Shown here: positions 33,198 to 42,191 of the stretch, in pieces
Numbering within the stretch: the first letter of the stretch is position 1
Layout: each line of letters begins with the position of its first letter
DNA from: Chthoniobacterales bacterium
GTDB lineage: Bacteria > Verrucomicrobiota > Verrucomicrobiia > Chthoniobacterales > Chthoniobacteraceae
Assembly (NCBI GenBank): GCA_038207335.1
Contig: JBBQZX010000002.1
Span: 274,577 to 338,576, forward strand
Length of the DNA: 64,000 nucleotides
Direction: 5' to 3'
The notes under the pieces: generated by a model
Databases searched by the model: none
What the model saw: only the letters and a program-made list of their open reading frames with translations
Told to the model about the DNA's origin: nothing
Made by a program: the position numbers and the translations under genes

Positions 33198-34063
33198 TCG
33201 GTAAGATCGACAGGTGCGGGTTGTGTGCGGACTGAAATGACTGACTGCAAAGTTGTAGCTCCCCCTAGGAAACGCCTCGCCGTCCACTTCGAATCATAAA
33301 ACTCAAGTGAAATCCTCATATCCAACGATGGATCGGTGCCGATCAGTGCAAAGGGCTTCGGAGATGTGATCCCGGTGCGAACGATGGAGTAAGTGTTTTT
33401 TGCACCTCCCGTAAAATTCGGGTGGAAACGGAGTTCGTTGTTTTGAACAGAATAGGCCGCCTGCCGAAAGAAGTAGCCGGTAGTGATGTTGGTGGAGGTA
33501 TTGCCAAAAGTGAAACCGAGCGGCGTGCTGACGGTGAAGCGTCCGTTCGGGCTGCCGCTGGTAGGCGTAGCATTGATGGCTGTAATGGTGAGCTTCGCGT
33601 CCACCAGAGGAACCCACACTTTGTCTCCGATCTGAGGGACGTAGGTCACCACTCCGTTCGGCGCAAAATTAAACGTCAGCGTTGTGGAACTCGGAGTCGT
33701 ATTCGCGGTGAGTTGGAAGGGTCCACCCGCAGTCCGCCAAAAACGGATTCCATTGGCTCGGTTGCTGATTTTTAGACCCGTGAGTGGATCGGTGTCTCCC
33801 GAAGTGCCGGCAAGAAAGTCGGTATAGGTGCTGCCTGTGCAGGTTTGCAGCTTCACGGGGGATCCAGATGCGTGAATGGCCGCCATCATGCGCTGCTCCG
33901 CGCTCATCACCCCTTCATGACTGTGATTTGTGGCGAGGTTTTTTGCGATGAGCCTCGAAGAGGTCCATCCGAAGCTCAGCAGTGCGATCCCTAGAGTGGA
34001 AAATGCGGCTGTGGTCATGATCAGCTCCACCAAGGTGAATGCTGACTGGGATTTCGTTTTCAT
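33194..34063 (-). CDS. PilW/PulJ-like prepilin
   Basis: SQSA-FTLVELIMTT N-methylation motif; overlaps the next gene by 4 bp. Confidence 0.8.
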   Translation of the reverse strand: MKTKSQSAFTLVELIMTTAAFSTLGIALLSFGWTSSRLIAKNLATNHSHEGVMSAEQRMMAAIHASGSPVKLQTCTGSTYTDFLAGTSGDTDPLTGLKISNRANGIRFWRTAGGPFQLTANTTPSSTTLTFNFAPNGVVTYVPQIGDKVWVPLVDAKLTITAINATPTSGSPNGRFTVSTPLGFTFGNTSTNITTGYFFRQAAYSVQNNELRFHPNFTGGAKNTYSIVRTGITSPKPFALIGTDPSLDMRISLEFYDSKWTARRFLGGATTLQSVISVRTQPAPVDLTE

Positions 34064-34078
34064 CGGTGCGCGGCTGCT

Positions 34079-34564
34079 TCAGATGCTGTCGGTCACACGA
34101 AGCGTGCTAAGACTGACTGAGTATGTCGTGCCGTGGTAAATGTAGGTCGTGGTCACAATCGCGCGTGCGGTGCGCGCATTGATTGCCGTGACGACGGTAC
34201 GCCGAGTCGCCGCGACGGGGGCATCGTACTCAGTCATAGGGCTCGAAAGACCGCTTTGCTTATTAAAAACGTCGTCGTTGAGGGTGAGGTTGTTGGTCTT
34301 CGTCCCTGCCGCGAGCACGGCGGGCAAGCCGGTGGACGTATTCCAAGCCGTCGTGAGAACCTCGTCGATGCGCTGCTGAGTGGCTGCGAGCGCGAGGGTG
34401 CGCAGGCGGGAGGAAAAGGCGTAGCGGTTGAGCTGCGTCATCGCCAGCAGGGAGCCGCAGATGAAAAAGGCGACGATGCTCGATGCGATGAGCAGCTCGA
34501 CGAGCGTGAAGCCCGAGGCAGTCGATTTTCGCAGATGAAACCCGGATCGCGGGAGAGCAGTCAT
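34079..34564 (-). CDS. PilV/PulI-like prepilin
   Basis: ASG-FTLVELLIASSIV N-methylation motif. Confidence 0.82.
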   Translation of the reverse strand: MTALPRSGFHLRKSTASGFTLVELLIASSIVAFFICGSLLAMTQLNRYAFSSRLRTLALAATQQRIDEVLTTAWNTSTGLPAVLAAGTKTNNLTLNDDVFNKQSGLSSPMTEYDAPVAATRRTVVTAINARTARAIVTTTYIYHGTTYSVSLSTLRVTDSI

Positions 34565-34621
34565 AGCCGCTGTAAAGCAGCCGGCTTGCCAAGTTCGCGG
34601 GAACTTTGCCTGCGAGGATTG

Positions 34622-35371
34622 CTACTTCACCGCGTCGCTCACTGCCGCGCCGGTGTATTCCCGGTTCATGCGCGAGATGACGCCGATCGGAATTTCCGCC
34701 GGACAGACCGCCTCGCATTCGTAGTGGTTCGAGCAGTTGCCAAAGCCTTCCTCATCCATCTTCCGCACCATTCGGAGCGCGCGCTCGTTGCGCTCAGGCT
34801 GGCCCTGCGGGAGGAGTGCGAGATGTGAGATTTTTGCGCCGACGAATAGCATCGCGGAGGCGTTCGGGCACGCAGCTACGCACGCGCCGCACTGGATGCA
34901 CGCGGCGGCTTCCATCGCCTCGTCGGCGGCCGTCTTGCCGATGAGGATCGCATTTGCATCCTGCGCGCCGCCGACCCGCGCCGTCACGAAGCCACCCGCC
35001 TGCTGCACGCGATCCATCGCCTTTCGATCGCAAACCAAGTCCCGCACCACAGGGAACGCCCGCGCGCGGAATGGCTCGATGAACACCGTCTCGCCGTCCT
35101 TGAAATTCCGCATGTAAAGCTGGCACGTGGTGGTCGCACTCGTCCCATGCGGGATGCCGTTGATCGTCAGCGAGCACGTCCCGCAGATCCCCTCGCGGCA
35201 GTCGTGATCGAACGCAATCGGCGCCTCGCCTTTCGCCTCCAGCCCTTCATTCACAATGTCCAGCATCTCGAGAAACGACGCATCCGCGGGGATGTTGCGC
35301 GCTTCGTAATCGACGAGCGCCCCCTTGGCTTTCGCGTCTTTCTGACGCCAGACTTTCAGCTTCAGGTTCAT
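34622..35371 (-). CDS. sdhB: Succinate dehydrogenase/fumarate reductase Fe-S subunit
   Basis: [33 protein letters not shown]. Confidence 0.96.
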   Translation of the reverse strand: MNLKLKVWRQKDAKAKGALVDYEARNIPADASFLEMLDIVNEGLEAKGEAPIAFDHDCREGICGTCSLTINGIPHGTSATTTCQLYMRNFKDGETVFIEPFRARAFPVVRDLVCDRKAMDRVQQAGGFVTARVGGAQDANAILIGKTAADEAMEAAACIQCGACVAACPNASAMLFVGAKISHLALLPQGQPERNERALRMVRKMDEEGFGNCSNHYECEAVCPAEIPIGVISRMNREYTGAAVSDAVK

Positions 35372-37288
35372 CTATTTGTAGCTCCGAGTCGCGAGGTGAA
35401 TGTTGTCGAACTCCAGCGGCTCGACGTGCCGCTCAGGCTTCACGCCGTCCCCCTTGAACTCCCACGCCGCGACGTGCGCGAACTCCTCATCGTTCCGCTT
35501 CGCTTCTCCGTCCGCTGTCTGGAATTCCTCACGAAAATGCCCACCGCACGACTCCCGCCGCTCCAGTGCGTCCAAGCACATCAGCTCGCCGAACTCCAGG
35601 AAATCCGCGACCCGCCCCGCCTTCTCCAACGCCTGATTCAGCTCCTCGCCGCTGCCAGTCACGTTCACATTTTGCCAGAACTCCTCGCGCAACGTCGGGA
35701 TGCGCTTTAGCGCCCGCTGCAACGACTTCTCAGTCCGCCCCATCCCGCACAAATCCCACATCAGCAGCCCCAACTCCCGGTGAAACGAATCCACCGAGCG
35801 CCGCCCCTTGATCCCCAGCAGCCGCGCCGTCCGCGCCTTCACCTCGGCCTCTGCCTTCTGAAACTCCGCGTGATCCGCCGCCGGCCGCTTCCCGAGCTGA
35901 TCCGCCAGATAATTCCCGATCGTGCTCGGCAGCACGAAATACCCGTCCGCCAGCCCTTGCATCAGTGCGCTCGCTCCGAGCCGATTCGCGCCGTGGTCGG
36001 AAAAATTCGCCTCTCCCAGCACGAACATCCCCGGAATCGTGGACATCAAATCGTAATCCACCCACAGCCCGCCCATCGTGTAGTGCACCGCCGGGAAAAT
36101 CCGCATCGGCGTGCGATACGCATTCTCCCCGGTGATCTGCTCGTACATCTCGAAAAGATTCCCGTACCGCTCCCGCACCACATCCTCGCCCAGCCGCTTG
36201 ATCGCATCCGCAAAGTCCAGATACACCCCGAGCCCCGTTTCCCCCACGCCGCGCCCCTCATCGCACACCTGCTTCGCCGCGCGCGATGAAATATCCCGCG
36301 GCGCCAGATTCCCGTAGCTCGGATATTTCCGCTCCAAATAATAATCCCGCTCGCCCTCCGGAATCTCCCCCGGCGCCCGCTTGTCCCCCTTCTTCACCGG
36401 CGCCCACACCCGCCCGTCATTCCGCAACGACTCGCTCATCAGGGTCAGCTTGCTCTGGTAGTCACCCGTCACCGGGATGCACGTCGGGTGAATCTGCGTG
36501 TAGCACGGGTTCGCGAACATCGCTCCCTTCTTGTAGGCCCGCCACGTCGCCGTCACGTTGCACCCCTTCGCGTTGGTGGAAAGATAGAACACATTCCCAT
36601 ACCCACCCGTCGCGAGGATCACGCAGTCCCCAGCGTGCGAGCTGATCTCCCCCGACACCAAGTCCCGCACCACAATCCCCTTCGCGTGCCCGTCCACGAG
36701 CACCACATCCAGCATCTCCGTCCGCGGATACATCGTCACTGACCCGCGTGCGATCTCCTTGTTCAGCGAAGAGTAAGCCCCCAGCAAAAGCTGCTGCCCC
36801 GTCTGACCCCGTGCGTAGAAAGTCCGCGACACCTGCGCCCCGCCGAACGACCGATTCGCCAGCAGCCCACCGTATTCCCGCGCAAACGGCACACCCTGCG
36901 CCACACACTGGTCGATGATATTCGCGCTCACCTCCGCCAACCGATACACATTCGCCTCCCGCGACCGGAAATCCCCGCCCTTCACCGTGTCGTAAAACAG
37001 CCGGAACACCGAGTCCCCGTCATTTTGGTAGTTCTTCGCCGCATTGATCCCCCCCTGCGCCGCGATCGAGTGCGCCCGCCGCGGCGAGTCTTGGTAGCAG
37101 AAGCACTTCACCTTGAACCCCAGTTCCCCCAGCGTCGCCGCCGCCGCCGCCCCTGCGAGTCCCGAGCCCACCACTATGATCTCATACTTCCGTTTGTTCG
37201 CCGGATTGATCAGCTTCGACTCAAACTTATATTTCTCCCACTTCGTCTCCAGCGGGCCGTCCGGAATCTTGGAATTGAGAGCGCTCAT
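35372..37288 (-). CDS. sdhA: Succinate dehydrogenase/fumarate reductase flavoprotein
   Basis: [42 protein letters not shown]. Confidence 0.96.
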   Translation of the reverse strand: MSALNSKIPDGPLETKWEKYKFESKLINPANKRKYEIIVVGSGLAGAAAAATLGELGFKVKCFCYQDSPRRAHSIAAQGGINAAKNYQNDGDSVFRLFYDTVKGGDFRSREANVYRLAEVSANIIDQCVAQGVPFAREYGGLLANRSFGGAQVSRTFYARGQTGQQLLLGAYSSLNKEIARGSVTMYPRTEMLDVVLVDGHAKGIVVRDLVSGEISSHAGDCVILATGGYGNVFYLSTNAKGCNVTATWRAYKKGAMFANPCYTQIHPTCIPVTGDYQSKLTLMSESLRNDGRVWAPVKKGDKRAPGEIPEGERDYYLERKYPSYGNLAPRDISSRAAKQVCDEGRGVGETGLGVYLDFADAIKRLGEDVVRERYGNLFEMYEQITGENAYRTPMRIFPAVHYTMGGLWVDYDLMSTIPGMFVLGEANFSDHGANRLGASALMQGLADGYFVLPSTIGNYLADQLGKRPAADHAEFQKAEAEVKARTARLLGIKGRRSVDSFHRELGLLMWDLCGMGRTEKSLQRALKRIPTLREEFWQNVNVTGSGEELNQALEKAGRVADFLEFGELMCLDALERRESCGGHFREEFQTADGEAKRNDEEFAHVAAWEFKGDGVKPERHVEPLEFDNIHLATRSYK

Positions 37289-37992
37289 TGAGAAATCGTC
37301 GCAAAATTGATCCAACCCATCCACACCGCCAGCGGCACAGACACAAAACCCGCAAAAATCACCCAAGCCAGCACGCGACCTCCCACCCGCAGCGGCCCCA
37401 GCGTCTTCCGCGAAGTCAGCCCCAGCGTCTGCAGCAGCGACGAAAACCCGTGGCTCAAGTGCAGCGCCAGCAAAAACAGCCCCAGCACATAAAATCCCGT
37501 CACCACCGGATGCCCGCGGAACCCCCGAATCACCATCGAATGCACATCATACTCCGTCGCCAGCGTCCCCCCCTCCGACACTGCCCGCAGCGCCGGATCC
37601 ACCGTCCGCGTCGTGAAATGCAGAACATGAAAGACCACAAATCCTAGCACGATTAGCCCCGACACTGCCATCAACCTCGACGCCCACCCCGCCTCCCGGT
37701 AGGTCCGCGTCGCATACCCCTCCGGTCGCGCCGCCCGATTCTGCACCACGAGCGCGATCGTCACCCCGATGTGAGTTAAAAAGCACGCGATCAGGAACAC
37801 CCGCACCACCCATAGCACGCGCGGCATCGAGTGGAGGAAAACGGCGTACCCATTGATCTGCTTCGGCTGCGAAAAGATCTGCAAATTCCCCGCCATGTGC
37901 CCGATCACATAAGCCACCAGCACGATCCCCGTCAGAGCCACCACCCATTTCTTGCCGATCGAAGAAGAGAAAAACGCGGAGATGGGATTCAC
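37285..37992 (-). CDS. sdhC: Succinate dehydrogenase cytochrome b subunit
   Basis: [19 protein letters not shown], five TM segments with heme His residues; GTG start assumed. Confidence 0.92.
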   Translation of the reverse strand: MNPISAFFSSSIGKKWVVALTGIVLVAYVIGHMAGNLQIFSQPKQINGYAVFLHSMPRVLWVVRVFLIACFLTHIGVTIALVVQNRAARPEGYATRTYREAGWASRLMAVSGLIVLGFVVFHVLHFTTRTVDPALRAVSEGGTLATEYDVHSMVIRGFRGHPVVTGFYVLGLFLLALHLSHGFSSLLQTLGLTSRKTLGPLRVGGRVLAWVIFAGFVSVPLAVWMGWINFATISQ

Positions 37993-38153
37993 GAGAAAGA
38001 GCCGCAAAATTTACCGAGCCTCAGCCTCTTGAAAAGCACGAAATTGCCCCGGCCTCAAACTTCCTGCGCTCCGCGTTTTAGAGGGGAAGCGCGGGGAACC
38101 TCTTCCCGGAAGCAGTCACCGCGACGCTCGACTCCGGTCGCGGCAAGGCGTGG

Positions 38154-38627
38154 TCAAGGAGTTTGGTCTTGGAGTTGGTAGAAGACATCGGTGCGGATTT
38201 TTGATGGGTCGGTGTTCCAGCTTTCGTCCCAGTGGCCATAGACTTCCCATGAGATGCCCGTGAGGAGATGTCCGTGCTTGGCGCACCAGTGGCGAAGACT
38301 GGTGTGGGCTTCGGAGAGTCGTTGGTAGGGGCCGAGGTGGACGGTGGTGGCGACGCGCCCCGCGGGCAACTGAGAGCAATGGATGCGGTCGTTGCCGGTA
38401 AAGGGTGCGAATACCTCGGCACCGACCTCGACCGAACCTTGGGCGTCCAGATACAAAGCGATATGGCGGCCTGGCTTTGGCAGGCCAGCGGAGCGGGCGA
38501 ATGCCCAGACTTCGCCGCACGCTGCGGGGACAAATCTCGAAAGCTCTCGGGGATGCACGCGGTCACGCACTACGGCCGTAAGCGTCACTTCTGAGTTCGT
38601 TATCGTCCGGGGTTGTTGCGTAGTCAT
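38154..38627 (-). CDS. GyrI-like small-molecule-binding protein
   Basis: LPAGRVATTVHLGPYQRL, WEVYGHW, IRTDVFY. Confidence 0.85.
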   Translation of the reverse strand: MTTQQPRTITNSEVTLTAVVRDRVHPRELSRFVPAACGEVWAFARSAGLPKPGRHIALYLDAQGSVEVGAEVFAPFTGNDRIHCSQLPAGRVATTVHLGPYQRLSEAHTSLRHWCAKHGHLLTGISWEVYGHWDESWNTDPSKIRTDVFYQLQDQTP

Positions 38628-38836
38628 TCTCGTGGTCTGCGTGCGATTCCAAAGGCTAGGAAAAGAACTACGAATGCGCCAGCGGAGACTGCGGCTCTGG
38701 CCCATGTGGAAGTAAGCTCGTAGCGGAGGGACATGAGCGATGCGAATAAAATGATGCCGATGACGACCGGCCAGACTCGCCGGGTGCTTTTGCTAGCCTG
38801 TGGTGATGGGGATGAGGTGTGCGTAGGTGTAATTAT
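38624..38836 (-). pseudogene. Unannotated two-TM small ORF without canonical start (ATA), stop overlapping the GyrI-like ATG
   Basis: (I)ITPTHTSSPSPQASKSTRRVWPVVIGIILFASLMSLRYELTSTWARAAVSAGAFVVLFLAFGIARRPRE*, with ATGA overlap. Confidence 0.5.
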
Positions 38837-38898
38837 GAGGGAAGCTGCCTAGCGTGAAGACGACTGCGACGGTGGACGGGGGGAGGTGGAGGGTCGCT

Positions 38899-38926
38899 GG
38901 GTCGGGTGACGGGTGCGGCGTTGAAG
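38899..38926 (-). repeat. 28-nt conserved motif, copy 2
   Basis: Minus strand CTTCAACGCCGCACCCGTCACCCGACCC. Confidence 0.85.
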
Positions 38927-39000
38927 AGAAGGTGGCGATTTTGGAAAGTTGGGGGGAGTTTACAGAGAGGTTTTGGGGTGTGGTTATTTATCCGAAGTTT

Positions 39001-39168
39001 TCATGAGTGCCCCGGAAGTTCTTCCGCGGGCCTCGTGAGTTCTCATAGTTGCCCCGGAAGTTCTTTCGCAGCGGTCATGCATTTTCATGATGGCCCCGGA
39101 AGTTCTTCCGCAGGAGTCGTGCATTTTCACGATGGCCCCGGAGCAGTCTCCCCGGGGTTTGAGAGTTC
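39001..39168. repeat. Tandem array of 4 x 42-bp units (each two 21-bp halves)
   Basis: Units at 39001, 39043, 39085, 39127; core GCCCCGGAAGTTCTT in units 1-3, GCCCCGGA in unit 4. Confidence 0.9.
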
Positions 39169-39285
39169 TAGGAGAAGCGGGGGCAGGAATCGTTGAGCGC
39201 GTCATAATAGTTGGAGCGGCGGCGATTACTGTGAAGGGCCGGGTATTTGTTTGTTGAGCAGCAACACGTTTAATCGCTCACACTT

Positions 39286-39320
39286 CTTAGCTCTTAGCCA
39301 TCGGATATCAGCTATCAGCC
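39286..39320. repeat. Heptamer tandem repeat
   Basis: CTTAGCT CTTAGCC ATCGGAT ATCAGCT ATCAGCC overlapping the aminotransferase stop. Confidence 0.45.
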
Positions 39321-40469
39321 GAGTGCTTCGGCTAAGATGGCGACGGTGCGGTCTAGCTCGGCTTCGGTGTTGTAGAAGTGGGGGCTGAGGCGGAGGTAGT
39401 CGCGGCCTTCGCGGTCGTGGCGCAGGGAGGCGTAGATGTTGGCCTTTTCTAATATGCCGAAGAGTTCGGTGGAGCTGGCGGTGTCGTGGCGGAAGGTGGT
39501 GGTGCTGTGGGCGGCGGGGCCGCTGCGGGGGCCGAGGACGCGAAATCCGAGCGGGTCGAGGGCGCGGAGGAGGTGCGATTTTAACTCCCAAAGACGGGCG
39601 GCGATGGGCTCGATGCCGTGGCTGGCGATGAGGCGGAGGGCGGCGGTCATGCCGTAGATACCGGCGATGTTGAGGACGCCGGGCTCGTAACGCTGGGCGG
39701 TGGGGACGAAGTGGATTTCGTCTTGGGTCTGGAATTGGGGGGAGCGGACGTTCCATGCGCCGAGGAGGGTGGGGCGGAGGAGGTCGAAGTGGTCTTTTTT
39801 GACGAAGACGATGCCGATGGCCATGGGGCCGAGCATCCATTTGTGGGCGTCGGCGCTGAGGAAATCGACGTGCTGGACGGAGAGCGGGAAGGCGCCGAGG
39901 GTCTGGATGGCGTCGAGGGAGAAGAGGACGCCGTGGGAGTGGAGGAGGGCGCCGATGGAGTCGATATCGATGCGGTATCCGGTAAAGAAGTGGGCGCTGG
40001 CGAGGGCGACGAGGCGGGTGCGAGGGGTGAGGGCGGCGGCGATGAGGTCGGGGGTGATGGCGCCGGGTTGGTCGGGCTGGAGGTAGCGGACGGTGACGCC
40101 GCGGCGGCGGAGGTCGAGCCACGGATAGACGTTGGCGGGGTAGTCGCCGTGGTAGCAGAGGAGTTCGTCGCCGGACAGCCAGGGGATGCCATTGGCGATG
40201 AGGCTGAGGCCGAGGGAGGTGGGGCCGAGGAGGGCGATTTCGTCGGGGTCGGCGCCGATGAATGTGGCGCATGTCTTGCGGGCCTGGAGGATGTCGCGGA
40301 GGACGCGGTCGAACTCCTGGGGGCCCTCGGCGGACTGGCGGGTGTAGTCGCAGATGGCGTCGGCGACGATGCGCGGGAGAGGGCAGACGCCGGCGTGTGC
40401 GAGGAAGATTTTGTCGCGGGCGACGGGGAATTGGCGGAGGCGCTCGGCTTCGTCGGGGAAGAGGGTCAT
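39315..40469 (-). CDS. PLP-dependent aminotransferase class V family enzyme
   Basis: LDAIQTLG, SADAHKWMLGP, RYEPG, LRLSPHFYN. Confidence 0.9.
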   Translation of the reverse strand: MTLFPDEAERLRQFPVARDKIFLAHAGVCPLPRIVADAICDYTRQSAEGPQEFDRVLRDILQARKTCATFIGADPDEIALLGPTSLGLSLIANGIPWLSGDELLCYHGDYPANVYPWLDLRRRGVTVRYLQPDQPGAITPDLIAAALTPRTRLVALASAHFFTGYRIDIDSIGALLHSHGVLFSLDAIQTLGAFPLSVQHVDFLSADAHKWMLGPMAIGIVFVKKDHFDLLRPTLLGAWNVRSPQFQTQDEIHFVPTAQRYEPGVLNIAGIYGMTAALRLIASHGIEPIAARLWELKSHLLRALDPLGFRVLGPRSGPAAHSTTTFRHDTASSTELFGILEKANIYASLRHDREGRDYLRLSPHFYNTEAELDRTVAILAEALG

Positions 40470-40705
40470 GGCTCGGGATCGCTGTGTGGAGGCCGGTCGG
40501 TGAGCTTTGTGGTGACGGTGAAGTCGCGCTCGGTGAGGGTCTCGCCGGTTTTTTCGTCGGTGAAAGTCTGCGCGGCGGCGGAGAAGTTGGGCTTCGGCGG
40601 GAGGGGGATTTCCGGCGGGGTGCGGAAGCGGGCGATCAGCATGACGAGGCCGATGAATGTGGTGAAGATGCCCATCGCGATGCAGAAGAGCAGGCGGAGG
40701 TTCAT
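40466..40705 (-). CDS. Small single-TM hypothetical protein
   Basis: N-terminal hydrophobic helix; ATGA-coupled on both sides. Confidence 0.7.
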   Translation of the reverse strand: MNLRLLFCIAMGIFTTFIGLVMLIARFRTPPEIPLPPKPNFSAAAQTFTDEKTGETLTERDFTVTTKLTDRPPHSDPEP

Positions 40706-41070
40706 CCGCTTTTCTTCGTCTGCTGCGCCTCCTCGATCAGCTTCCAGAAACCGCCCTGCTGACCAAGTTGCTCATCCTCTGCGGGCATCGGAAGCTTCGC
40801 ACGGAAGAGGAAGTCGCGGATGGTGTTTTTATGCAGCACGCGGTGGATGGTGATGCCCTCGGGTGAGCGCGCGAAGTAGATGCGGTAGTCCTTTGCGCGG
40901 TAGCGGTGGAGCTTTTGACCGTCGCGCTCGATGAGTCCGAATTTCTCGTCGTCGAGCTTGTCCAAGTCTTCCGGCAGGACCTCGAACTCCATGAGCAGGT
41001 CGAGCTGGAGTTCTTTGGGGAGCGCGGCCATTTCGGCGGCGCTGATGGCGTTGAAGACGATCTGGAACAT
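40702..41070 (-). CDS. RelE/ParE-fold protein
   Basis: MFQIVF...LHRYRAKDYRIYF...ITIHRVLHK resembles the RelE signature. Confidence 0.65.
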   Translation of the reverse strand: MFQIVFNAISAAEMAALPKELQLDLLMEFEVLPEDLDKLDDEKFGLIERDGQKLHRYRAKDYRIYFARSPEGITIHRVLHKNTIRDFLFRAKLPMPAEDEQLGQQGGFWKLIEEAQQTKKSG

Positions 41071-41109
41071 TTGCTCGGGAATAGAGCGCGGGCGCGGCGG
41101 CGGCGCGAG

Positions 41110-41195
41110 TTTTCAGTTTGCAGTGTGCGGTTTTCAGTATTCAGAAAACGCCGCACGCCGACCCAAAGCTGAAACTGAAAACTGGATACTGAACT
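41110..41195. repeat. Inverted heptamer tandem repeats (TTTTCAG)n ... (CTGAAAA)n
   Basis: Five left units at 41110-41144, four complementary right units at 41169-41195. Confidence 0.7.
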
Positions 41196-41198
41196 CCG

Positions 41199-42191
41199 AT
41201 GACTTGGTTTAATTTCAGCTTTCAAGATTTCGCTGTGGCCTTTCTCAGCGTGCTGTTCGAGGGCATTCCCTACCTGCTGCTCGGCTCGCTCATTTCGGGA
41301 CTCGTGGATGTTTTCGTATCGTCCGAACGGCTCACGAGTCTGCTGCCGAAGCGGCCCGCGTCGGCGATTTTTTTGAGCGGGTTGCTCGGGATTATTTTCC
41401 CAATGTGCGAGTGCGGAAGCGTCATCGTGATCCGGCGCTTTTTGAAAAAGGGACTGCCGCTTTCCTGCGCAACGACTTACATGCTCGCCGCGCCGATCGT
41501 GGGACCGATTGTGGCGCTGAGCACCTGGCAGGCATTCAGCCAGAGCGCGAATCCGGGGCCGCTACTGATGGTCTCCCTGCGGCTCGGGATCGGGTATCTC
41601 ATCGCGGTCACGGTGGGCTTCATCGTGCAGAATATCTCGGCGGATCGCATCCTGCAGCCAGGCGTGATCGCGACGCGGAAGCGCGGCGGGCTGAGCATCG
41701 CAAGCGCGCCGACGACACAGGATTTCAGCGAACTCGCGGCGGAGGCGAGCGTGCCGCGCAAGCTGCTGATGGCGGTGCAATCGGCGACGTCCGATTTTCT
41801 CGACGTCGGTTTTTACTTCATCATCGGCACGGCGATCACCTGCGTTTTCAACACCGGCATCCGGCAGGAAGTGCTCTCGATTTTCACCACGACTCCGCTG
41901 CTGGCGATCGTCGCGCTCATGGTGCTCGCCGCGCTGCTCGCGCTGTGCAGCACGACGGATGCGTTCGTGGCGTGGACCTTCACGGCGTTCCCGGCATCGG
42001 CCAAACTGGCGTTCCTCGTATTCGGACCGCTGTTCGACCTGAAGCTTTTCTGGCTCTACAGCCTCATCTTTCAGAAGCGCTTCGTCGCCGCGCTCGCGCT
42101 CGGGATTTTTGTCGTCGTGGCGATTATTTGCTGGCGGCTGGATGCGTTGCAGATTCTCGGTCCGTCCGCTACTTTGCCCACATCGCCATGA
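41199..42191 (+). CDS. DUF318/ArsP-type permease
   Basis: FPMCECG, LCSTTDAF, FLVFGPLFDLK; many TM segments. Confidence 0.9.
   Translation: MTWFNFSFQDFAVAFLSVLFEGIPYLLLGSLISGLVDVFVSSERLTSLLPKRPASAIFLSGLLGIIFPMCECGSVIVIRRFLKKGLPLSCATTYMLAAPIVGPIVALSTWQAFSQSANPGPLLMVSLRLGIGYLIAVTVGFIVQNISADRILQPGVIATRKRGGLSIASAPTTQDFSELAAEASVPRKLLMAVQSATSDFLDVGFYFIIGTAITCVFNTGIRQEVLSIFTTTPLLAIVALMVLAALLALCSTTDAFVAWTFTAFPASAKLAFLVFGPLFDLKLFWLYSLIFQKRFVAALALGIFVVVAIICWRLDALQILGPSATLPTSP

Noticed and set aside
39315..40469. Cysteine desulfurase (iscS/sufS) call
   Set aside because: The catalytic Cys loop motif is absent, so only the family-level call is kept
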